From a virus (taxonomy: Duplodnaviria > Caudoviricetes): 63,522 nucleotides of DNA. A program made the translations under genes and the position numbers. The notes under the pieces are model-generated. The model did not search any database and had not been told where the DNA came from. It saw only the letters and a list, made by a program, of their open reading frames with translations. Location of the stretch: the IMG/VR virus record IMGVR_UViG_3300013132_000051, positions 1 to 63,522 of that record; one strand, 5' to 3'. Shown here piece by piece: positions 56,625-63,522 of the stretch (the stretch's first letter is position 1; every line of letters begins with the position of its first letter).

Positions 56625-57452
56625 ATGAACGCGCTGTATCTTGCTCCCTCCCGGAGTTCTTTCCCTCTCCCGGTCGGCGCTCTAGGAGGAGAGGTTCCAA
56701 TCTGGGAAACCTGGGAGGGTATCCCCTCGCGCTCCGGGTGGAGGCGGTCGGTACTCCCGTCCGGAGTCTCGGTGTCTTTCCGTAGGCGCAAGAAGAGCGC
56801 CCCCCTCCTTCAGGGAGAACCTGCGCTGATGCTCGTGCGCGATCTGGGGCCGGAGCCGGTAGAGCCGGAGCGGGTCTTTGCCCGACCCGCCCGAGTAGAG
56901 AACGCTCTGCGTCCTGACGGTCGCGGTATCGACCTAGCAAAGCGAGGCGACGAAGTTCGCAAGCTCTTCTACGCGGCGTTTGCGCGTGGGCTCATCCGGG
57001 ACGGGATCGACCCCGAGGAAGCTCTCCAGGAAGTCTACAAGGGGCTGCTCTCCCGGAACCGGGGGACGTGCCCGTTCGACGTCAAGAAGAGTTCGTTCGG
57101 CCACTACGTCCACATCGTCACGCGGTGCGTGCTCGCGAACTTCGTCCGCAAAGAAAAGAAGCGCGCCCTCTACGAGACTTCCGGCGAGGAGCTAGCCAGC
57201 TACTCCGGCGAAAACCGGGAGTGGGAAATCCCGGTCCCCGAAACCCAGGAAGAATCCCGCCGGGGGAGGGAGTGGCTCGCGGAGAAGCTCGCGGGGTTTG
57301 AATCCCCGGAGAGGGAGACTCTCCTACGGGCCGTGGTGATGATGTCTGAGGGGGCTTCCCGTCGGGAAGCCGCGAAGCTCGCCGGAGCCGACTTCCGGCG
57401 ACTCGGCTTGGCTTTGGAAGCTCTCCGGTCGCAAGTCACCTCCCCGGATTGA
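56625..57452 (+). CDS. phage sigma70/ECF-like RNA polymerase sigma factor
   Basis: region 2-like DPEEALQEVY...FDVKKSSFGHYVHIV.R....N..RKE; region 4-like EGASRREAAKLAG HTH; start could be about 56829. Confidence 0.75.
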   Translation: MNALYLAPSRSSFPLPVGALGGEVPIWETWEGIPSRSGWRRSVLPSGVSVSFRRRKKSAPLLQGEPALMLVRDLGPEPVEPERVFARPARVENALRPDGRGIDLAKRGDEVRKLFYAAFARGLIRDGIDPEEALQEVYKGLLSRNRGTCPFDVKKSSFGHYVHIVTRCVLANFVRKEKKRALYETSGEELASYSGENREWEIPVPETQEESRRGREWLAEKLAGFESPERETLLRAVVMMSEGASRREAAKLAGADFRRLGLALEALRSQVTSPD

Positions 57453-57681
57453 GCCGGGTAGATTTCTCACCCGCTAGCGCGAGCGCCCCGGCCCGCTTCC
57501 GGGCGTGAGCCTCTAGTGCCGCGCCGATACCGTCGGTGCCCGCCCAAAGTGCCCGCCCGAGGGGAGTCTCTCCCCGGCCCGTCTCGATGAGCCGGTTGCG
57601 CTCGGACTCCAAGAAAGAGATGAGCGCCCCGTGCTCCTCTGGGGTGGCGATTACTTTGGCGGTGATGCGTCGGGCCTTCAT
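57436..57681 (-). CDS. hypothetical protein
   Basis: 81-aa ORF convergent with the sigma gene. Confidence 0.55.
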   Translation of the reverse strand: MKARRITAKVIATPEEHGALISFLESERNRLIETGRGETPLGRALWAGTDGIGAALEAHARKRAGALALAGEKSTRLNPGR

Positions 57682-57736
57682 CCCGGACCGTACCCCGGAC
57701 CCCCGGTAAGAACTTTCGGGCGACGGAACGACGAAA

Positions 57737-57780
57737 ACCGCCCGGACCGGCTCCCGAGGGGGGAGTCCGATCCGGGCGGT
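57737..57780 (-). terminator. hairpin terminator, related to 62234-62275
   Basis: ACCGCCCGGA...TCCGGGCGGT stem followed by TTTT on the minus strand. Confidence 0.65.
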
Positions 57781-57806
57781 ATTCGTTCCGGGTTAGGCGG
57801 GGGGTC

Positions 57807-58094
57807 TCAGATTTGAGCCCAACCCACGAGGTCGCAGCGGAACGCCCGCGAGCCCGTCTCGTCACTCAAGACAACTACGTCCCCGACGCTTGTCGAGCGG
57901 GTGGGTCCGACGAGCGCCCGGACCTCCGGGTTCTCGTACCACGCCGCGTCAATCGAGTTGGTGAGGCGGAACGCCTCCTCCAAACTCGCCGTCTGGAGGA
58001 TCGCTACGACCCGGTAGTGGGCCGCGTCGAGGGGGAGGGGAGCCCCCATCCCGAAGTTGGGGTTCATCGCGTGGTAGACAGTCGCCGTGGTCAT
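57807..58094 (-). CDS. YodL-like protein
   Basis: Y.VVA, LEEAFRLTN, RSTSVGDVVVL, C..VGW. Confidence 0.75.
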   Translation of the reverse strand: MTTATVYHAMNPNFGMGAPLPLDAAHYRVVAILQTASLEEAFRLTNSIDAAWYENPEVRALVGPTRSTSVGDVVVLSDETGSRAFRCDLVGWAQI

Positions 58095-58447
58095 GTCGCC
58101 TCCTCTTCGTCCTCGTCAAAGTCCTCTTCGTTCTCTTCGTCCAAGTCCTCGTCGTCCAAGTCCTCGTCGTCCCCGTAGATGTCGGGGTTCGCCTCCGCGT
58201 AGGCGATAGCGCGCATCGCAGCGCGCTCGCCGTACTTCGCGACCCACTCCGCGAGGGCCTCCCCGGAGAGGGGGGCACCGTACTGCTCAATGTCATCCCC
58301 GTCGGCGTCTTGGCCGACGCTCACGACGGGGCGCACTTCGGACTCCTCCGTGTCGAAGGTGACCCTGCCGTCGCCATCCTCGATGGCGACGGCGTAGACG
58401 AGGAAGTCCTCGCCGTCAAACTCCATGTCCAACTCCATCTTCGTCAT
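58091..58447 (-). CDS. highly acidic small protein
   Basis: SD AAGGAG; ATG 58447; about 43 D/E in 118 aa by hand count. Confidence 0.8.
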   Translation of the reverse strand: MTKMELDMEFDGEDFLVYAVAIEDGDGRVTFDTEESEVRPVVSVGQDADGDDIEQYGAPLSGEALAEWVAKYGERAAMRAIAYAEANPDIYGDDEDLDDEDLDEENEEDFDEDEEEAT

Positions 58448-58470
58448 GTCTAATCTCTCCTTCGCCCTAG

Positions 58471-58497
58471 TACCGAGCGAGCCTCGCGAAACTAACC
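58471..58497 (-). promoter_or_regulatory. early-type promoter motif, copy 1
   Basis: GGTTAGTT-N12-CTCGGTA; six exact copies in 58.4-62.2 kb. Confidence 0.85.
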
Positions 58498-58548
58498 TGA
58501 AAAGCGAAACCGACCCCCGCTCGCTGAAGCGAACGGGGGCGGGGGGGT

Positions 58549-58761
58549 TCACGCCGCTTCCAGAGCCCGGATGATCCGGCCCCGGTGCAGCTCGTAGAGG
58601 TCGCGGGCGGATCCCGCCATCGTGTGGGGCTCGCCGGTCACGAACGACACGGCCTGGAAGTCCGCGACTTCCTTGAGATCGTGTCCCTGGACCGTCTGGG
58701 TTTCGACCCGCCCGGAGATCCGGTAGTCGATCCCGTTGAGAGCGATCAGCACTTCCTTCAT
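58549..58761 (-). CDS. hypothetical protein
   Basis: SD AAAGGAG; followed by a hairpin. Confidence 0.7.
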   Translation of the reverse strand: MKEVLIALNGIDYRISGRVETQTVQGHDLKEVADFQAVSFVTGEPHTMAGSARDLYELHRGRIIRALEAA

Positions 58762-58845
58762 GAGAGGCTCCTTTCGTGAGAGGGTTGGAGCGAACGAGCG
58801 AGCGTCACGCCCCCGTCGTTGAATCGGCGGGGGCGTGGGTGAGGA

Positions 58846-59466
58846 TCACGACGCGGCCTTGTGGGTGCCGTCCTCGTTGAGCCAGGGACAGGCGCGGTTG
58901 AAGGCGAGGCGGGCATCCGGGCCCAGCTCCCGGACGAGGTGCTGGAGGGAGTCCATCCGGCGCTGTCCCGCCAGGTAGACCCCGTGGTCGTCCGAGTAGT
59001 TGTAGTACCAGTCCATCCCGCCCAGGAGCCGGTTGAACTGGTCCAAGGGCGTCTCAACGACCTCCTCCCAGGCGTTGAAGACCTCCTCGAACCCGTAGGG
59101 GAACTGGAAGGTGGAGACCACGGGGGCCACCTGAGAGGCGAGGTCCCGGACCACCTGGTCCCGCGCTCGGGCGTGCTTCGCGTACTCGGGGTTGGGCCGC
59201 CACCCGAAGCGGCGGTCAGGCTGACCCGACTTCGTGAGGCGCTTGGGGAGAAGCGCCTCGATGCCCTGGGTCTTCTCCTCAAGGGCGGCGTCGGCGTCCC
59301 GGCGGATCTGGTCCAGCTCAGATTTCTGCTGCTGGAAGGCAGAACGGAGGTGCTCGATGAACTCCCGGCGGAGCGCCATCCGCTCCTCGCGGGTGGGCAC
59401 CGCCCGGTACTGCTCGAAGGTCATCACCTTGTCGCCGATGGAAACGCGAACGTAGGAAGTGTTCAT
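58846..59466 (-). CDS. hypothetical protein
   Basis: SD AAGGAG; ATG 59466; DWYYNYSDD..VY..G motif. Confidence 0.8.
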   Translation of the reverse strand: MNTSYVRVSIGDKVMTFEQYRAVPTREERMALRREFIEHLRSAFQQQKSELDQIRRDADAALEEKTQGIEALLPKRLTKSGQPDRRFGWRPNPEYAKHARARDQVVRDLASQVAPVVSTFQFPYGFEEVFNAWEEVVETPLDQFNRLLGGMDWYYNYSDDHGVYLAGQRRMDSLQHLVRELGPDARLAFNRACPWLNEDGTHKAAS

Positions 59467-59500
59467 GTCTATCTCCTTGAGAGGTGGGGGGGTGAGGGAT

Positions 59501-59827
59501 TCAAGCCGCCGAGGGGGCCACCGCCGCCTTCGGGCGGTTGGCCTCCTCGACGAGCTGGGCGCTGTGGCGCAGCGCGATGGAGAGCGCCTTGTCGAGGTGG
59601 GGGCCGCTGAGCGAGCGGCCCGAGCGGACCCAGCGGGCGTAGTAGCCCCCCCGGCGGGCCGAGGGAGCGTTGAACCCGCGCCCGTTGTTGTGGCGGGTCG
59701 CATCGACCGCCTGCTCGTCCGCCGTCTGACGGGCGAACAGGGCGAGCATCGCCCGCTCCACCGCCTTGGGGTTGGAGCGGAGGAGCGCGTTGATCTCGGG
59801 GCGGGTCCAAGTCTTCGTGGTCGTCAT
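59501..59827 (-). CDS. hypothetical phage protein
   Basis: SD AAGGGAG; AVERA...LFARQTADEQ...T.HNNG.GF. Confidence 0.8.
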   Translation of the reverse strand: MTTTKTWTRPEINALLRSNPKAVERAMLALFARQTADEQAVDATRHNNGRGFNAPSARRGGYYARWVRSGRSLSGPHLDKALSIALRHSAQLVEEANRPKAAVAPSAA

Positions 59828-59873
59828 GTGAATCTCCCTTTCGAGCGGGGGTCATCCCCGCCCTTCAGCCTAG

Positions 59874-60068
59874 TACCGAGCGAGGCTCGCGAAACTAACC
59901 GGGAATCGACCGGACCATCCGGCCACCCGCGTCTCGCTCTCTCGCTTCACCGGAGTACCGAGTAGCCCATCCGGAACTAACCGGAAATCGACCGGGGGGT
60001 TTCGCCCCCCGGTCTTTGAGCCGTTCGTCTCCTCGCCCTAGTACCGAGCGGGGAGCTCAGAACTAACC
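59874..60068 (-). promoter_or_regulatory. three tandem early-type promoter motifs (copies 2-4) separated by hairpins
   Basis: motif at 59874-59900, 59956-59982 and 60042-60068; no ORF between them. Confidence 0.85.
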
Positions 60069-60084
60069 GGAAATCGACCGGGGC

Positions 60085-61236
60085 TCACTCGTAGTCGCGC
60101 ACCCCCTTGAACGCGGGGAACCGGGGAACGCCGTCGCGGGTCAACTCCTGGTAGGAGTAGGTCACGAGCGAGCCGACCGCCGGGGGTGCCTCGCGCTCCC
60201 GGTCGGAGAGGCCGGTGCCGATCTTGAACTCGACCGTCCCGTTCGCCGTCCGGCACACGAGCGCGCCGACCCGACCCTTGTGCTTGCCCCGCCCCGGCTC
60301 GTAGCCGATGACCCGCGCCTCCGCGTCGTGCATCCGCTTGCACTTGAGGAGCGACCAGGTGCGCGTCCGCTCGTAGGCGGAGTTGGGAGCCCGGAGCATC
60401 ACGCCCTCGCCCCCGTTCCCGATCACGTCGTCCATGTAGGCGTCGAGGTGCTCGCGCCCGTGACAACGCTCTTGCTTCAGGATCCGGTAGCCGAGGCCCG
60501 AGAAGCTCCCCTGCGCCCCCGGACGGGACGGGACGATTCCCATGAGCTTGGCGAGCCCCGCTTGGCGCTGCTCAAAGCCACCGGGAAGGTCCGGAGCGTC
60601 GAACATCCAGAACGCGATCCCGCGCCACTCGGCGTCATCCGGCACGAGTTTCCGGACGATGCTGACCGTCTCTTGGAACTTCCCGCGACCAGCGAACAAC
60701 TCCCCGTCGAACACCCAGAACTTCGGGAGCTGGCTGAGGAACCACGACGGGGCGTGGATCTCGTTGCCGAGGCGGGTGAGGAGCTTCTCGCCCGTCCAAT
60801 AGGCGCGAACCCCATCGAGCTTCTCCGACATCCACCAGCCCGAGGGGTCCTGGCCCTCCCACGAGTGGGCGAGCATCACGCTCACCTCCTGCGGTTTGGC
60901 GACCGGAGCGGGGGTGACCGCCGCGCCCCGGATCGGAAGTACGGGCGTCCCGTGGTACACGGGGACCGGCGGAGCGGTCGGCTTCCACACGGGAGGCCAA
61001 GCCGGGGCCGCGTTGCCCGTCGCCGCGATTCCAGCGCGGTCCCGCGCCGCCTGCGGCCAGCAAGCGGGGTCCACGTTCGCCCGAATGTGCTTGCACGCGC
61101 GGGAGTCGATGTTCCCGCCCATGTTCCGCCACGCGGGACACGAGCAATCGATCACGCCCGCGATCTTGCGGATCGTGTACGGGCTCTTGCCGGACCCCTG
61201 CACCTGGAAGGAGTCACCGTTCGTCATCATTCGCAT
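60085..61236 (-). CDS. lig: ATP-dependent DNA ligase with N-terminal SWIM-type zinc finger
   Basis: SEKLDGVR (motif I), DGEL, FD, EGVMLR, LLKCK and OB-fold tail; CSCPAW...CKH; SD AAGGAG. Confidence 0.93.
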   Translation of the reverse strand: MRMMTNGDSFQVQGSGKSPYTIRKIAGVIDCSCPAWRNMGGNIDSRACKHIRANVDPACWPQAARDRAGIAATGNAAPAWPPVWKPTAPPVPVYHGTPVLPIRGAAVTPAPVAKPQEVSVMLAHSWEGQDPSGWWMSEKLDGVRAYWTGEKLLTRLGNEIHAPSWFLSQLPKFWVFDGELFAGRGKFQETVSIVRKLVPDDAEWRGIAFWMFDAPDLPGGFEQRQAGLAKLMGIVPSRPGAQGSFSGLGYRILKQERCHGREHLDAYMDDVIGNGGEGVMLRAPNSAYERTRTWSLLKCKRMHDAEARVIGYEPGRGKHKGRVGALVCRTANGTVEFKIGTGLSDREREAPPAVGSLVTYSYQELTRDGVPRFPAFKGVRDYE

Positions 61237-61319
61237 CTGTAAGTCTCCTTGGGTTGAAGGTTGTTGGTCGGGCAGAACGTCTTTGACCCGGCCCCTTTTC
61301 AGGAGCCGGGTCGGGGGTC

Positions 61320-61703
61320 TCACCCCTCGTAGTTCCACGGGGGGTCCCACCCGTCCCAACGACCGGCCCCCTCATCGTAGTAGCGATCCTCCGCCTCGTC
61401 ATCGGCGGCGGAATCGCAACACGACTCGTAGTCGGCCTCCATCGCGGCCTCCGCTGCTGCCGTGATGTCGTCGTCGGCCTCGATGACGTTGCCGTCCTCG
61501 TCGGTGATCCCACCGTCGAGAAACGGGCGCTCATCCCACGAGGGATCGTCGCGACCCCCGCGCTGCGCGGGCTCCACGGAATACTCGGCGGTGAGGGTCT
61601 TCATGACCCACCACCCGAGTTCCTCGCCGTCGGCGTCCTTTTCGGGAGCGCCATCGACGATGCTAGGGACCCACACCTCTGCTTCAAACTGAACCTTCGT
61701 CAT
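61320..61703 (-). CDS. highly acidic small protein
   Basis: about 37 D/E in 127 aa by hand count; 39-bp upstream/start region identical to that of 58091-58447. Confidence 0.8.
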   Translation of the reverse strand: MTKVQFEAEVWVPSIVDGAPEKDADGEELGWWVMKTLTAEYSVEPAQRGGRDDPSWDERPFLDGGITDEDGNVIEADDDITAAAEAAMEADYESCCDSAADDEAEDRYYDEGAGRWDGWDPPWNYEG

Positions 61704-61726
61704 GTCTAATCTCTCCTTCGCCCTAG

Positions 61727-61753
61727 TACCGAGTACGGGGTTCAGAACTAACC
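61727..61753 (-). promoter_or_regulatory. early-type promoter motif, copy 5
   Basis: GGTTAGTT-N12-CTCGGTA; preceded by hairpin 61761-61788. Confidence 0.85.
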
Positions 61754-61804
61754 TGAAATCGACCGGCCCTCTGATTGAGGGGCCGGTCGTCTCAGATTGA
61801 GAGG

Positions 61805-62170
61805 TCAGTCCCAGCGGACCGACCGGCTCAGATAGTCGTCTGCGCCGAATCGCTCATCCTCGATGCGAGCGATGAGCGCCTCGTCCTCCCGCTCCAGAAG
61901 GTCAGCGGGCGAGCCCTCGACGGGGTCCGTCGGGTCCCAGACCTCCGAGGTCCGGGGGTCCGGCTTCGTGTCGAGAGCCCGAGCAAGGAAGCGGGCCGTC
62001 ATCGGCGGGCACTCCGCGTTCGGGCTCATCTCAGCGTGGAAGTGGGCCCAGCGCGCCCCGTCCGGCGCGGTCGCCACGATGTAGTGGATGTACTCCCGCT
62101 TCGGGAGGCCGTACTCGTTGCGGCCCGCGAACGTCGGCGAGCGGTGCCAAGTGTAGCTGAACGTCGTCAT
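61805..62170 (-). CDS. hypothetical protein
   Basis: SD AAAGGA; own promoter motif and downstream hairpin. Confidence 0.75.
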   Translation of the reverse strand: MTTFSYTWHRSPTFAGRNEYGLPKREYIHYIVATAPDGARWAHFHAEMSPNAECPPMTARFLARALDTKPDPRTSEVWDPTDPVEGSPADLLEREDEALIARIEDERFGADDYLSRSVRWD

Positions 62171-62194
62171 GTGATTCGTTTCCTTTCGTTGGAA

Positions 62195-62221
62195 TACCGA
62201 GCGAGCCCCGAGGAACTAACC
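62195..62221 (-). promoter_or_regulatory. early-type promoter motif, copy 6
   Basis: GGTTAGTT-N12-CTCGGTA; preceded by hairpin 62234-62275. Confidence 0.85.
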
Positions 62222-62343
62222 GCGAAAAGTGAAACCGCCCGGACCGACCCCCGCGAGGGAGCCGGTCCGGGCGGCGAGTGTGCCGCCTGAGAGAGCGGGG
62301 GGCCGAGGGTGAAGGGGAGGAAGTCCCCGACCCCCGCTCTCAA

Positions 62344-63522
62344 TCAAGCAGCGCGGACCTTGCGGCCCCGGCCCCGGCCCGCTCCGCCGACCACCAGCTC
62401 GTGGAGCTTGGCGACCAGGGGGCGGGGGATGTCGGCCAGCTTTTCAGCGTAGACCGAGTGCTCGAAGGTGGTCGTGACGTAGCGGGAGTCGCGACCGAGG
62501 CCGACTCCAACGACCATCACGCCCGCCTCCGCAGCGCGGCGGAACTGGCCCTTCAGAACCTCCGCGTGACCCGAGTCGGGCTGTCCGTCCGTGAGGACGA
62601 AGATGACCCGGTACCCCTCGCGCCGCGTCGAGAGCAGCTTGAGGGCGTGCTCGACACCGTCCGACATCGGCGTTCCGCCCGTAGCGCGGAGCTTCGCGAG
62701 GCGGGGAGCCGCCGAGCGCCACCGCTCGTCGAATCCCTTGAACACGTCGATGTCCACGCCGTCAGCGCGGTGCGCGCCCATCGCCTTCATCTCCGCCGAA
62801 GCGGCGTTGTAGCCGCCGGGGTGCGAGTAGGCCGCCGACTGGCCGTTGGTCGCGAAGCCGGTGATGGCCGACTTCGCGCCGACCGCCTCCAGCGCCTCGC
62901 CCAGAGCGAGCGCGATCTTGGCCGCGCCCTCCAGCTTGTCGTGCATCGACCCGCTCTGGTCGATGACCGTGACCGCTGCGACGCTCGTGTCCATGGTCAT
63001 GTCGTCCGCCGCAAACGCGCGGTTGGGCTCGCGCCCGCCGCGAATCGAAGCGACCGAGTCAACCAGGAACCGATCCGAGAGGATCGGGCCGCGCTTGAGG
63101 CCGTGCTCGCGAGAGCCATCCTCCAGCGCCCGGAACATCGTGCGGAGCTTCGCCTTGAGGAAGCTCGTCTCCGCCTTTGCCGCCGACGCGAGCTTGTCGA
63201 GCTTGCGACCCTCGCCGGAGTCGGGGTTGCCGACGCGGACCTCGCGGTCAGCGTTGGTCGAGTAGGGACGGTAGGCCCGCTCGCCCGTTTCGAGCGTGCC
63301 GTCCTCCTCCTTGCGGGCGTCCTTGAGTTCGCCCTGGAGCGCCGAGGCGTAGTCCTGAAGGCCCGCGCCGTTCTGGCCGTCCTTCAGGAAGTCGCCCGCC
63401 GTTTCCGACGTGGCCGCGCCACCGCCCGAGCCGTTGCCGCCCGAGCCGGTTTCGCCCTGAGACGCCTCGCTCTCCCCGTCCGAATCCCCGTCCGAGCTGT
63501 CCCCGTCCGAATCCCCGTCCGA
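62344..63522 (-). CDS. vWA (MIDAS) domain protein, CobT-like; 5' end outside the window
   Basis: VIDQSGSM, GGTP and LTDGQP; frame open to the window end through an SDGD-repeat acidic linker. Confidence 0.85.
   Translation of the reverse strand, partial: SDGDSDGDSSDGDSDGESEASQGETGSGGNGSGGGAATSETAGDFLKDGQNGAGLQDYASALQGELKDARKEEDGTLETGERAYRPYSTNADREVRVGNPDSGEGRKLDKLASAAKAETSFLKAKLRTMFRALEDGSREHGLKRGPILSDRFLVDSVASIRGGREPNRAFAADDMTMDTSVAAVTVIDQSGSMHDKLEGAAKIALALGEALEAVGAKSAITGFATNGQSAAYSHPGGYNAASAEMKAMGAHRADGVDIDVFKGFDERWRSAAPRLAKLRATGGTPMSDGVEHALKLLSTRREGYRVIFVLTDGQPDSGHAEVLKGQFRRAAEAGVMVVGVGLGRDSRYVTTTFEHSVYAEKLADIPRPLVAKLHELVVGGAGRGRGRKVRAA

Noticed and set aside
59870-60084. CRISPR array
   Set aside because: The conserved parts are split by a variable 12-nt core, the same motif occurs singly upstream of genes, and no cas genes are present.
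1-63522. Stop-codon reassignment, introns/inteins, reverse transcriptase/DGR or retron
   Set aside because: Genes tile densely in code 11 using all three stops, long ORFs are unbroken, and no RT or intein motifs were seen.

Overview
This GC-rich window looks like an internal segment of a large (probably jumbo) myovirus-type phage genome. It has no bacterial housekeeping genes, and no capsid, terminase or integrase gene is visible. Layout: (i) 2.8-21 kb and 30.4-45 kb carry baseplate/tail genes (gp25-like, baseplate-J-like, gpI-like, collar/fibre-type proteins, a 3652-aa protein), with a gp5/gpV-like spike at 53.5-56 kb. (ii) 21-30 kb and 45-53.5 kb carry accessory genes: a RelA/SpoT-like nucleotidyltransferase, Fe/Mn SOD, MT-A70 and beta-class DNA methyltransferases, an HD hydrolase, SLX1-like GIY-YIG, MazG-like, a P-loop kinase and a tRNA-Gln(UUG) that the ORF track cannot show. 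(iii) A 613-bp repeat-rich non-coding gap is followed by a sigma70-like factor. (iv) 57.8-63.5 kb is an early-type region of promoter-gene-hairpin cassettes sharing the motif GGTTAGTT-N12-CTCGGTA (6 exact copies), with a SWIM-fused ATP-dependent ligase, very acidic small proteins and a truncated CobT-like vWA gene. The most striking unexplained signal is a ~28-aa leader peptide (LRxxxIRLA-x3-PxLRxxLLPLLKxA) found 6-7 times on largely unrelated cargo proteins. These include the RelA-like enzyme (twice in one ORF) and an AT-rich, apparently foreign domain. I interpret it as a candidate modular virion-packaging/processing tag. All family calls are from motif recognition by eye; no database search was run.
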